Shown in pieces: positions 13,411-26,109 of a stretch of 64,000 nucleotides of DNA. The DNA is taken from positions 5,332,001 through 5,396,000 of the forward strand of contig CM120643.1 of NCBI GenBank assembly GCA_051362555.1. The letters run 5' to 3'. The stretch is from Lingula anatina. Taxonomy: Eukaryota > Animalia > Brachiopoda. A program made the translations under genes and the position numbers. The stretch's first letter is position 1. The number at the start of each line of letters is the position of its first letter. The notes under the pieces are model-generated. The model saw only the letters and a list, made by a program, of their open reading frames with translations, was not told where the DNA came from and made no database searches.

Positions 13411-14284
13411 TAAGTGTTTTTTTCCTCAGATTTAATTCTTAGGCATGTCAACAATCTCATTTGTGAAATAATTAAATATGGTGTTCTTTTGACATTTTCT
13501 GCATCTTAACAATATTGTTAGTTGATTATATAAAAATGATGGTAAACCTGTTATTGTGTATTGTGTAATAAAGTGTCAAAATTGGAAATAAACTCGTATC
13601 TTTACAGTTTGTCAGATACAATCATTCACCATGTTCAGAATCTCAGAATGGAGCAAATTGGACATTTAAAATTGTTCTATTGATTTTTTTTTCCTATGTC
13701 AACAATTTTCTTAGTTGATCATTATTTAAAAATGACAGTAAATTGATCTTTTTGTTATATGAAAAAAAAGTGTTGAAAGTGGAAAGAAAATCATTTCAGT
13801 ACAGTTATCTCTTGTTTACATTTTGGCATTTTGAAGGTGACTCTGAATTTCCATGGCCTTGAATACCTTTCCATGTCACATTTTCTGAATATCCATGATA
13901 CTTTTATTTTATTATTAAAAATTGATGGTCATTATGCTGTTGAGCATTATGTAATATTGCATCAAAATTGAAGGCAACCCCATTTTAGACAATGCCTCCA
14001 TAGTGACCATTAAAGGAAAACCAAGTCACTTACTCTTATCAAACTTACATAGGACTAAAACATATCTTCAGTTGGAAAACCTGTTACATCAGTTAACTTC
14101 CTTGGAAATTATACAGTTTTTTGTTAGAATTAAAATTTTCACATATGGACATTTTTAAGGTGTGACTTAGTCTTTGAACTTCCATTGGCTTGAATACCGT
14201 TGCTAGTCACATTTTCTGAATATCCATGATACATTTATTTTATTATTAAAAATTGATGGTCATTATGCTGTTAAGCATTATGTT

Positions 14285-14650
14285 ATATAATGTAATATTA
14301 TTTTATGCACTGTCATCTTTATTCAAATATTGGGATTTGCATTATATGAATTTGAACTCTCATGGTCCTGAAACTGTAATTTTATTGCAGGGGCAGATTG
14401 AGGTCGTCTTCTGGGTCTTCCAGATGACTGTCAGATTTTAAAGTTTATATTGACAGGTATCTATTCTTTTCTTTTGGAAGACCATCAAAAATGGAGGATG
14501 GATCAACAAAGATAATTTGCAATACTGTCAGAAAATATCTCTGGATCTGCTCCTGTTATTGACCATGTTACCTGTTGTGCATGATTAAAATTCAGTGTTG
14601 ATTGACAGTGCTATTATAAGCATTATTTATTATTGCATCAAAATTGACCA
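14285..14650. repeat. Dispersed repeat; reverse-complement copy at ~50095-50455
   Basis: Long shared blocks, e.g. aatactgtcagaaaatatctctggatctgctcctgttattgaccatgttacctgttgtgcatgattaaaattcagtgttga. Confidence 0.8.
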
Positions 14651-14823
14651 AATGACCCATTTTCTGTGTTCTTATTTTCTGTTTTTTTCTGTACATTTGA
14701 CAGTTTGCTGCCTTGTTCATTTTAATTTGGGTTGACCCCTGGCCCCCAGCTACATTTTCTGGATTATAGGTTTTTATAGCTTTCATCCATCTTGATAATT
14801 AGGATTGCTATGTTGTTTTACAG

Positions 14824-14905
14824 GAAATCAACAGAGTTGGTTCCAAGCTTAAGATTATCCCCACTGTAATAGAGGGTGAGGACTTGCAGACCCAAGGATT
14901 TGGAG
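14824..14905 (+). CDS. NPEPL1: NPEPL1 coding exon 4
   Basis: EINRVGSKLKIIPTVIEGEDLQTQGFG; ends phase 1. Confidence 0.9.
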
Positions 14906-15123
14906 GTACTGTTGGGAACTGCCTGGCATATCCTTTTGAGTATTCAGTAACCAAATATACAGATCAAATATATACACACATATACATAGTAAAAAGGCTG
15001 TATGATACTGCATCTGCAAATACATGCCATCGTTCTGTAAATACAGATGCCCAAAGTTCTGTACCAAACTTCGTGGACATACCTGTCTGTACAGTATAAT
15101 TTCATTTTTCTATTCTTTTCCAG

Positions 15124-15266
15124 GTATTTATAATGTAGGAAAAGCAGCTAGTCATCCCCCTGTTCTGGCTGTTCTTAGCCACACACCCCCTGGGGCCACC
15201 AAGTCTATAGCCTGGGTTGGTAAGGGGATAGTCTATGATACTGGAGGACTCTGTATTAAAGGAAAG
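15124..15266 (+). CDS. NPEPL1: NPEPL1 coding exon 5
   Basis: GIYNVGKAASHPP...WVGKGIVYDTGGLCIKGK (M17 metal ligands). Confidence 0.93.
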
Positions 15267-15467
15267 GTAAGTACTAATTCCCCCTTCCTGTTTCTTCTCT
15301 GCCAACATAGATAAGTAGTCTAAGATTAATTTTCAATCATTACCTCTTCTCACAAGATGTCTGTGTTAAGCACTAGCCATGCACACACTCAAAAATTGTA
15401 CTTGGCCAATGTTTCTACATTTCTTCTCACTAAACTAACAAGGTGCTACATCCTTAAGTGTCACTCT

Positions 15468-16773
15468 CAGACTTTACGAAAGGCCAAAAAACCTGTCAGA
15501 CATTCGGTCTGACAAGCTTGAAAATTCTGTCAGACCGAAACAAAATCTGTCAGACGGAAGTAAAATAATAGAAATATGAACCATTATTGATGTTTTCATG
15601 TGTATTTTCTAACGTTTTAAATCACTGACATTAATTCAAATATTAATTTTTTGATATATATTTATTTGTAAAATAAGAAAGAAAAACAAAAAAAAAAAAT
15701 AGACAAAAAATTACTTGCATAACAAGTTGTTTTTTATTTAATGAAAAAGACGCTGTGGAATGACACAAGGACTAAAAACAACACAAGTATGAAAAATGTG
15801 TAGCTAGTAATATCAAATGTATGTCCATAAAAACGTCTGTTATTGTTAATTTCACACCTTGTTTTTGGCAATAACATATGCATATTGAAACAGCACAATA
15901 AGGCAGTCTCTTTCATCCAATTGAAGCTTTGACAGGGACTGTCCAGCCCGAGTCTAAGTTCCTTCTTCATTTTATTTCTTTTTTATAAAAAGAAACTCAA
16001 ACTGTGAGCTTTCATCAAGTTCATGTGCACTTTCTCCAACTCGTGGTGAACGGTACATGCAAATACGAACATATGTTCCATAATTTAAGAACCCGTAATA
16101 AATCTGTGACATTTATGTTGCTATTGATCAAAATGATAACTTTAGTACTCCTGACACTCGGCACACACTATTTTCCTCACCTACAGATCACAAGTCCGCC
16201 AGGGCCTACCTTCTTTCCAATTTTAGTAAACTTCCGAAGTTCCGTTTCTCTTCCTCACTTCGTTTTCATTTTTGCCACGCTTTGCAGCAACGAAGTGTTT
16301 AAAGTTCAACAACATCATTTTCTAAACAAAAGGCTAATCCATGAGTACTGTGTACGACTGATAATGAAGAAACAGAGGATCAAGTCTGTAAAAACGCAAA
16401 TAGCACGAGCACATGTGTTGCGGCCATTTTGTCGTGTAGGGGTATTACGAAGCGAAAACGAGACTGTACATTACATCATCCAGGAATCCCCCAACTTCAG
16501 CCAGTCACAAAATAGTATTTGTGAGTGAAACTGAGGTTAATAAATTATGTATAATTAGCTGGGAACTCCCCGAGATTTCACTCCGTCTCTCTTTTCGAAT
16601 GTAGTAAAATATATTGTCCAGAAAAGAAACAACAACGTATTCCTTATATTTACACATTCCCAGTCGGTTTGAAAACTCGCCGAACATACGGTCCGACGAT
16701 ACAGGATTTTTTATCGGACCGAGACGAAATTTGCCAGGCATGTCCGACAGTCCGACGCCTTTCGTAAAGTCTG
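15468..16773 (-). mobile_element. Internally deleted hAT-like DNA transposon with 6-bp TSD and relic transposase N-terminus
   Basis: 16-bp TIR cagactttacgaaagg; cactct on both sides; decayed minus-strand WKEGRPW...CAEC...HELEKVH resembles a TTF-type Zn finger. Confidence 0.78.
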
Positions 16774-17111
16774 CACTCTGTACAAGGTTCATGTGTCATT
16801 TGTGTATGTGTGGCTTTTTATAAATGTAAATTTTAGACTACATGCTCTATCAATAGCGTTTGTAAATTGTGGATCATGACACTTTATCTGTGGGTGACTG
16901 ATTGCAGGTGCACAGATTGAGTATTTACAGGATATTCAGACTCTTGTTATTCATTTTGTAATCCATGCAACATATCTGCAAAGAAAAAATAAAACTTTTT
17001 CAAATGTATAACTCTCTGAAATTGATTTTTTTTTCTGGTCAGTCTTTCACCACATGCATTTTTCAATTTTGTAAAATAGGTATGTCTCATGTAAAAATGT
17101 GTTGTTCTTAG

Positions 17112-17189
17112 GTGAACATGTGTGGTATGAAGAGAGACTGCGGTGGTGCTGCTGCAATACTTGGGGCTTTTTATGCTGCTGTAAAACAG
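17112..17189 (+). CDS. NPEPL1: NPEPL1 coding exon 6
   Basis: VNMCGMKRDCGGAAAILGAFYAAVKQ. Confidence 0.93.
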
Positions 17190-17224
17190 GTAAAGAAGTG
17201 GAATTACAATCAGTATATTTGCTT

Positions 17225-17835
17225 GATTCTATTAATCAATGGGATCAAAGGTGAAGCCCTTGAACTTCTTCTCTCCTGTCTCAATGGCAGAACACAGTTG
17301 ATGTCATTTGAGGAAAGCTCATCTAGTCTGTCGGAGTTAGTCCATGGTGTCCCCCAGGGAAGTGTACTGGGTTCTTTCTAGTTTTGTATCTACACATTAC
17401 CCCTTGTAAAACCACACACTTCCACTGAATTGACTTTCACTCTTATGCTGACGATACTCAGCTGTATACTCCCAGTTACATCAAGAATGCTGAAATTTCT
17501 TTAATGTAAATGAAAAGCTGTATTTCCGATCTCAGGGCTTGGATGGCAAAGAACAAACTTATGATAAATGACAGCAAGACAAAATTCTTGGTCATCAAAC
17601 AGCGTCATAACAAATCCATTGCAGAAACCCTCAGTATCAAGATTGGCAAAAGTGTGGTCAATACTTCTCATGCAAAAAATCTTGGTGTATACCTGGACAC
17701 CTCTCTGTCTATGGACAAACAAATATCGCAAGCTTCTTAGTCATGCATGTTTCATATCAGGAACAGCTTCATTGAAAAACCATCTATAACGTGACTCCTC
17801 TACAGCTGCTATTGTACATGCACTTGTTACATCAG
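17225..17835 (+). mobile_element. Decayed CR1/L2-clade LINE reverse-transcriptase fragment
   Basis: GVPQGSVLG, YADDTQLY, WMAKNKLMINDSKTKFL, KNLGVYLD, with stops and frameshifts. Confidence 0.85.
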
Positions 17836-17936
17836 TAAAATTATTTGATAATTGTGAACAGAGTGTTGCAAACATCATGGAGGTTGCAATAGTGTTATCT
17901 GTTCCAGGGGTTTACTGACAATGTTGTTTGTTCCAG

Positions 17937-18037
17937 GGGTTTACTGACAATCTGCATGCTGTGTTCTGTCTGGCAGAGAATGCTGTAGGACCAGACGCTC
18001 TCAGGCCAGATGATATTATAACCATGTACTCAGGAAG
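17937..18037 (+). CDS. NPEPL1: NPEPL1 coding exon 7
   Basis: GFTDNLHAVFCLAENAVGPDALRPDDIITMYSG; donor gtaagg. Confidence 0.92.
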
Positions 18038-18059
18038 GTAAGGACTTCAGCCTGATGTT

Positions 18060-18061
<2 letters not shown>

Positions 18062-18129
<68 letters not shown>

Positions 18130-18148
18130 ATGATGATGATGATAATAA
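18062..18148. repeat. (TAT)n + (GAT)n microsatellite
   Basis: Direct reading. Confidence 0.95.
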
Positions 18149-18628
18149 ATCTGCCAATTCAAAAAGATGTTGGATGGATACATAGACATAAGGGACATTC
18201 AGATAAAATTACTAAGTGAATTACTAAATGATAAAGATAAGAGCAAAGAACATTGCTAAATACTAAAACGAAGACAAGTTTCCACTATATAAATTAAAAC
18301 AGGTTAAAGAACTAATTCTTTTAAAAGTTATAACAATGTAAACATAGGGCGTAATCATTACCTTCTAGTATATTTACTGATAATGTAAACTGCTATTTCA
18401 TATTATAGGTAAGTATCCAGGAAGGTATTGGTTAAATTTTACAGAAGTGCCTCTTATCCAAATCACTTTGGTTTTAATGTATCCACTGTTTAGAAATACA
18501 TTTTCCATTTAAACAGCATTGTTGACTGTCATTATGGGCATTTATTTCTTTCATATTCATCAGTTACTTTAACTTGATATTTTGCTACCTCATTAGTCGA
18601 GCTTATGTGTTTAATACCATATTTTCAG

Positions 18629-18683
18629 AACAGTAGAAATCAACAACACAGATGCTGAGGGGAGGCTGGTATTGGGGGATGGG
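18629..18683 (+). CDS. NPEPL1: NPEPL1 coding exon 8
   Basis: TVEINNTDAEGRLVLGDG, containing the M17 signature NTDAEGRL. Confidence 0.93.
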
Positions 18684-19654
18684 GTAAGTTGGAAAAAAAC
18701 GCAAAGACCTGTAATCTAAAACCCCTGTAACTTACACTCACAGAGTTCAACTCCACACTTCATTATGGTGGTGAGTGCAACTCTGATCCTATTATTATTA
18801 TTATTATTATTATTTAACCAGTTATGAACTAGTGGACAGGAGTTATTCAACGCATATTCATTTTATTTGTCATTCTTAATTTTAAGGGTCTCATGTTTAT
18901 TATAATTTTATTAACAGATAAAATCTTTTTACTATGGCGTAAGTTGCAACTTTTAAGAAATTTAAAAATGCTCTTTTCTGGTGGTGTCATTTTGCAACCA
19001 TTCAATAGTACAATTCCCACAATGGCATCTCCAGGTCCATTGGCTGGCCTCTGCTTTATCTCTAATTGATCCCTTTAGGCTCCGTTCACATGAAAAACCT
19101 AAATTCGAAAAATCTAAATATCCATTGGTGGTATCTAGTGATGTCAGTCTGTGCCCTGAATACCCTGCGACGTAATTGACTATCAGCGCGAGGGAGTCGT
19201 TTCCAAAGCTGTAATCAATTCTTGGCTGCGCTCAGAGGAGATTCTGACGCCTTAGTTCTCGGTTCTTGCATGAATGCACAGCTGCCTTGAATGTATTTCA
19301 TAATTCCAAATGGAGAATGTTCATAGTTGAGCTGGAAGGAAGCCCACTTGATTTTTATGGCCTTGTTATAGTTGAGTATAAGAAAAGTCTTCCAAGGGTG
19401 CTTTACAATACAACTCTCCAAGCTGCAGAAAGGCATACCTGAAATTTAAAACTAAGAATGTCATGTGATCATAAGATGATAAACATAGGGTTTCATGTGT
19501 TTCTGAAATGGAAACATCAGGTATTCATGATTTATAATTGGAAATGTTTATAGTTGAAATAATGGTTTCCAGTAGGAACAGCAAAAATACAAAAACAAAA
19601 TCCCCTTTTAATGGCCCAGTCTTTAAGGTCTGTTCTTGTGTATTTCTATTATAG

Positions 19655-19736
19655 GTGATGTATGCCAAGAAAGATCTAAAAGCTGATATCATTCTGGACA
19701 TGGCCACACTTACTGGTGCACAAGGCATAGCAACAG
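19655..19736 (+). CDS. NPEPL1: NPEPL1 coding exon 9
   Basis: VMYAKKDLKADIILDMATLTGAQGIAT. Confidence 0.93.
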
Positions 19737-20037
19737 GTAAGAGAGCAGTCTGTGCAAAATACATCATATTGCATAAAGAAGAAAAGGTCACTTTTTGAAT
19801 GTCATCGAAGAAATAAAAGTATTCACTACAACATGGCACATAAAAATGCAAACAAAAATGAAAACTAGAACATTAATTGTTAGGTTGAAAATTGCTTTAT
19901 CATCCATCTGTTGACTTGTGCTTCCTTGGACCACACTAAAGCCTATATAAACTGTTGAAATCTCTCCTTTTGGTTGCTGCTGTTGAATACTTATGGCAAT
20001 TTCATTGATGTTGATGTCTTTGCATTTTGCTGTTTAG

Positions 20038-20201
20038 GTCGGTATCATGGAGCATTTATAACAAACCGTGCAGACTGGGAGGTGATGTGTGTGCAGGCTG
20101 GCCAGAGCTCAGGGGACCTGCTCCACCCAATGCCTTACTGCCCTGAGCTGCACTTCAGTGAGTTTGCCAGTGCTCTGGCTGACATGAAGAATTCAGTGGC
20201 T
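20038..20201 (+). CDS. NPEPL1: NPEPL1 coding exon 10
   Basis: GRYHGAFITN...YCPELHFSEFASALADMKNSVA. Confidence 0.93.
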
Positions 20202-20727
20202 GTAAGTTCTCTATGGCAGTTTACTTCAGTATGGCACTGAGTCAAACAATACAAATGATGCCATCAAACTGAACAATTTACTAAAATGATTTTTTCTATG
20301 CCCATACATTTACAACAAATGTTGATATCATGCCACTGTAATTTTTTGTTGTTTTTACTGTATCATCTAGCAAGATTCTGTGCATTTCAAAGCCAGTGAA
20401 TAGATTCTACATGCCCTGTTACACTTTTAACACCTCTTGTTAGAAGTGTATTTGGCAGCTTTATTTGGTTGTTTGGTCTAAAGTTGTGCTCTTGATTAGT
20501 ATAATACCCATATAAAGCCAGGAAATCAACTTGTGTATTTTGAATGCATTTTAATGAAGAGAGACTATGTGTCTGGTCATCACAAATCTGGTGCATGATG
20601 CTCAAGTTTGGGAATGCACACAAAGGTTGACTTTACCATATTAGACTCTGGCAGACATTGTTGAGCACATTTATTTTACATGTAACATCCTTTGTAACTC
20701 TGCATAAATCATTTTGTTCTCCTGCAG

Positions 20728-20838
20728 GACCGCAGTAATGCGCAGGTGTCTTGTGCTGGTCTCTTTATTGGCTCTCACATTGGGTTTGACTACCCGGGTG
20801 TGTGGGTGCATGTTGATATGGCCTTCCCTGTGCATGTG
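20728..20838 (+). CDS. NPEPL1: NPEPL1 coding exon 11
   Basis: DRSNAQVSCAGLFIGSHIGFDYPGVWVHVDMAFPVHV. Confidence 0.93.
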
Positions 20839-21145
20839 GTAAGTATCAGGTTGTGCATTTGAACTTAACTGAACACTTTACAGCAATCCCTTAAATAATG
20901 TTGTATTTCATGTGACCTCAAATTCAGATCTGTTGTTTATTCTCTCAAAGAAGAAAGCAAAGACCTGTGTTGATCCAGGTCAGACGCTTCATGCTTTTTA
21001 TAAATTTAATGCTCCAGTCATTCAAAAATATAGACATAGAATGTAAAAAGAAATTTATCTTAATAAATAACATTTATAATGAAAAAAATTAGAATGTTTG
21101 AAGTTGGACAAAGTTGCAAGTGTTGTTGTCTATGTGACATTCCAG

Positions 21146-21313
21146 GGTGAGCGTGCCACAGGGTACGGAGTGGCGCTGTTACTGGTGCTGTTTGGTCAGA
21201 TGTCCAGCACCCCCATGTTACAGGTACTGTCACCATCTATAGGAATGTGTGATGTCAACCACCAGCAGAATGAGAGTGCTAGTAAAAGGATTAAACTCAA
21301 TGCTGACATTTGA
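21146..21313 (+). CDS. NPEPL1: NPEPL1 coding exon 12 (last)
   Basis: GERATGYGVALLLVLFG...SKRIKLNADI*; the 12 exons sum to 1572 nt = 523 aa + stop with all phases consistent. Confidence 0.92.
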   Translation, partial: GERATGYGVALLLVLFGQMSSTPMLQVLSPSIGMCDVNHQQNESASKRIKLNADI

Positions 21314-24300
21314 TACAAGAGCAACAGAACACGTTTATAGGAAATTTTATATTACTGTCCTACTTGACATGATTATTATCAGGTTTTCCTGGTCACAGCA
21401 TGTTATGTCATCCTCCATCTCTAACTTTCCAAAATGCCAGTGTGTCTATTATAACTAGTTGAGATTGAATGTATTTGTATATATAGGTTAAAAGTAGTGG
21501 AATGACAAACAAAAGTAAATAGTCATTCATTAGATTAATAGATAGGTGATGTTATAAACAGAAACTTATCTAAACCAGATTAATAGCATTTCAGGAGTGA
21601 TTTGGTTCAACAGTAATGACCCAGATCTTTTCATTGGGAAAATTTTTTTGATCTTTCAGATAAATAATTGTGGTGCAGTTACTGTAGAAAATGGAACTGC
21701 TTTTCAGTTTGGTTGCTACCACTTGGTAGGAATATTCTTATTTTAAGAATTTATGTCTAAAAAAAATACAGTATCTGTAAAGTTCACAATTTCCCCCATT
21801 GAAAAGATGGGCACATTAACTGTGCTATCAATCTATAAAATAAAAAAGATATTTGATGTGTACTCTTTTCTTATCTTTAAAACAAGCTCTGGTATATAGG
21901 TTACAACTTTACTGCCATATTCATTCTCCAAATGTTTTCAAGCAATTTACTTATTGAATTTGCTTTTTGTATTACTTGAAAATTTTACAGACCATAGGAT
22001 GGTTAGAAGGGACTGTAATACCAGCTCTTCTGTACCTAACAACTGATAGTGTTTTCAACAGAACTGCAGCTATAATGATTTTATGGTGAAATGGTTACTG
22101 CATTGTTACATTTTGTCTAGATGTGCTTGCAGTGAATGAATTTTGAAATTGTGAACAATATTTGCAGATTCATCATAGCTTTGGCTGGTTCTCAGCTGTT
22201 ACAGTAAATCAAACTGAGTTAGCCCTGTTAATGTTTCTTTTTAAAACTTGAGCTGAAGATTTCTGCTGATCTCGGTATAAGTACACAAACAACTGAAGTA
22301 GTCTGCTCCCTGATGATGGTCTGAATGGCTGGCATTTAGGAGGCAAGCCAGAAAACACTTTTGTTGTTGCAGAGACCATGTTGTAAGCAGGCTGCAGTTG
22401 GACAACAGTCTTCTCAGGTTAAAATTGACCAATGTTAGTTCATCCTGGTTTTTCAGGGCCTTGGTGTGGAAGTTATTGCATATACCACAATTGAAGAGTA
22501 TATATGCAAAACACAGAGGGTTAAGAAAATGACTTAACTGTTAACTTTTACTGCATTGATGCCTTCACCAAGACTGTCATATAGACACATGAATATTGTA
22601 GTTGTTGATAGCAGTTCAGGTGAGAGAGATCTGTTTGAAATGGAAAACAAAATTCACCACGAGTGTCAAGAAGTTCAAATTACCAAATTCACCCCAGTAT
22701 ATTTTTAATCTGACAGCATTATTTAAAAGCATGACAATGATTTTTCTGCATTATATAAGGAAATAGATCTATACTTATTGAACAGTGCATTTGGTCATAT
22801 TGACCTTGGTACATGTATTCAATGTGATTTAAGATTTGTACGCTATTTAAGGCAATGTTATTTACTACTTTTCAACATGAAGTGCACATCGAATATTTAC
22901 CAGACTTTACATCTCCACAACTAAAACAGATACACCCATAACTACCATTTAACTTGCCTAAGGTTCGTCTCCCTGGTGGTAGTTTCGTCCCTGAGATCCT
23001 CTAGTTCAAAATGTTTCTGTAATTTCAAATACTTATTTTGTCATGTTTTAAGAAGAGCATATGTAACAAGTACATGAACTTGTTGGTCTCTAGAAATATT
23101 CACACTACAATATCCTGTGGAGAGCTACTAGTAGAATCAGGACCAGATAGTTGTATTATTAGTTAACAGTTATTTTAATCATTTTATTTATTACTTCTTT
23201 CTTTGACCAATTATAATAAAATTACAATAAAAGAGAATTTTAACTATTTATGACCATTGAATTGAATCTTTTGCAAAAAAAAATTCTTTTAATAGGTCAA
23301 CTGCACCAAGAAGTTTTTGACAGAATCTGGCGATTGCAGGGACAACAATATCCTTTTTCATGCAAAATGCCGCAAAGTGTGATACCAGCTAAGGCAGATG
23401 TTGACCTGCATTACGTCTCTGCCAAACCGTCTACTATAATTCATATTTTAAATCGGACAGCGAAGATGACATATGTATGTACAGACAGTTTACAGAACTA
23501 AACAATAAAGCTGGCAAATAGATGTCCAAGGTAAGATTGAAGTCCAGGGAGATTTTAAATCCATCTAGGTCAGATTACATTTCACTGTTGCCAAGGCCGA
23601 TTTAAAGATGCATTTGAAATTAGTTTTTTTGCTTCAAAACTCCACCAAATGCCATCATATAATTTAAAAAGAGTATAATTTAGAGAAATAATAAAGGGTA
23701 TCAATTCATATTTCCCAAAAATGATATTTAAACAGATATTTTCTGCCAACTTTCTGTGCTATAAATATATACCCCTCGGCAGTGTTCTTTGAATAAGTGC
23801 TCTGGGTTTCTCAGCCAGAGAAATAAATGTAGAAAACAATCAGATAGCAGCTGAACTCGGGGGGGAAAGTGTTCGTCCTCCATGCGTACCTGCCACAGCA
23901 ATAGGCTATGCAGGAGATGTCTTAAATGTCCACACAGTGTCTGTTGGTGAGAAGTTCTACAATTGGCTAGCTTGAAAATGACAACAGTGATCCTCTGCAG
24001 CAGGTTATCTATACATCTTTATACGACAAACGACTTAAAAAAGTCAATAGATAAAATTTTAATAAACATCAATCCAATCATACATTTAAATGGCACATCG
24101 AGTTTAGTATCTGCATATTTTCTTCACATAGGAGAAGAATCTAGTAAAACTTGATAGTCAATGGAAAAACTGTACAAGCCCAGCAAACACACATCATCAA
24201 ATTATGTGAAGTACAGATACATTCCTCTTGTCTGAAAGTTTTATGAAAAACAACCATAAATTATCTTCAGTACCCCAGAATAAAAACATCTTTCTAACAA

Positions 24301-26109
24301 ATGTAAATGGACTTATTGGCAAAAAGAGTGGCAAAAACACTGATATATAATTCACTCACATTAAAATAGGCAGTGGTTTTACAAATCTAGTTTGTAACTG
24401 TCTGGCTGAAGTGGTTAAAATGTGAACTTCCAGTCAATCACTTGTTTTGATGCAATTCAAGTCATTAATCTTTTAGTTACGAACAGCACAGTTCACTCTC
24501 TATAACTGTTTTTCTTTTCTTTGAGAATGGACGTTCAAGTTTTACAAACAATACAAAAGACCTAATGAAGAAAATTAAAGAGTGATCCATTTTCAGTAAG
24601 ATGAAAATACTTACACAAGTCCAACAAGAATACTTGTTACTGCAACAAAATTGTAAAAAAAAAAACTTCATCTTTGACTTTAACATATTGGTATAAACAG
24701 AGCAGTAATTTGGCACAGACAAAATAAATGCATGCCGGCAAATATTAAGAATTGTTTTTCATAAAAAAACATTATCAGTACCTTAAACATCCAGCTATTG
24801 AACAGACAATTCTTTGTCAGTTATTGAAAAATAATTTGGTTAATCATGAGTTCACACCTTATTTTTAAAAATACTTGAGAAGCTAGAATTTATTTAAAGA
24901 GGTAAAACTTACAATTAATTATTTACATGTCATGTGAAGAAATTAGACATCGAAGATGGCATATATACAGACATAAAAGAAAGAAATTCAAATAATTGGC
25001 TATGTCCTGATAAGATGAATGGTGAAAGAGTTCAATTAAATTCTCAAATATTTTAACATATTTTAAATGTAACAACAGGGATGGTCTGTCCTAATAAAGG
25101 TAAAGGCAATGCAATTCACTATCTGCAATCTCTACGGGTTTGCTGACCAACCATCAGTACACAATAATACACACAGCTGTATGGAACACATGGTCCGCAT
25201 ATCTTCACCTGGACACTTCAGTTCATAGAACACTTGCAATACCATATATAAGTAAGCCATGAGTTAACTAATAACAGAAATTTCACAGTATATATAAGAG
25301 AGAACCAACCCCAACTTTCAGACAAATATTCAGCTAAAGTGCCTTTAAAGAAGGAATGCACATTGCTGTTTAGAGAGACAAATACTCAAAGAAACCACAT
25401 AATGCTTCCTTTTACCTAAACAAAATACAGCTTTTAACACATCACAACCCCTCACCTAGCCCAGTATATTGGGTTAAAAGAGCAATGGGCAGCTGTATGA
25501 AACATCACCAGTTTACAAAAATTGGGAGATAAAATTTCATTACAACTGTAATGTTATTAATAATACATGTAAAAATAACCTGGCCATGCTGATTTTCGAA
25601 GGAACCTGCCTTTCCACAAAAGCTCATTTGAAGTAAAACAAAAATATGGCACTTAAGGGGCAAATGTCACTATAACACATGCCAAAAAAAAATTGCTGAT
25701 ATTCAAAAGAGTCCAGTCTTTTCAACAAACAAAGGCAGTCAGTGTGTCATTTGAAACAAAAATATGATTCAGCAGTTGGATGGCGATAGCAACAAAAATG
25801 ACTTGGACAGACATTGATAAGCATATAAACAGACACATACAGTAGTGTCTGTATATAAAAAACTAGAAAGGTCTTATACCAAGCTGTTACCTTCAGGTCA
25901 TTATTAACTTAAACTGTCTGTGTCCAGACATCATCGACATTAACATTTTGATGTTATGGCTCTTATGCATGATTAAGCAAAAGTTAAAAAATAAGATTTG
26001 GTACCCAGTTTTCAACATTAAAAGCAACATAACAAATATCTGTTTAAACATTAATACAAACAAAAATATGTGAATACATGGCCTGAGACATGTTCAGGTT
26101 CAGTAGCTT

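Noticed and set aside
16004-16823. Plus-strand 174-aa ORF and neighbouring short ORFs
   Set aside because: Inside a decayed DNA transposon; the relic coding signal is on the minus strand and broken.
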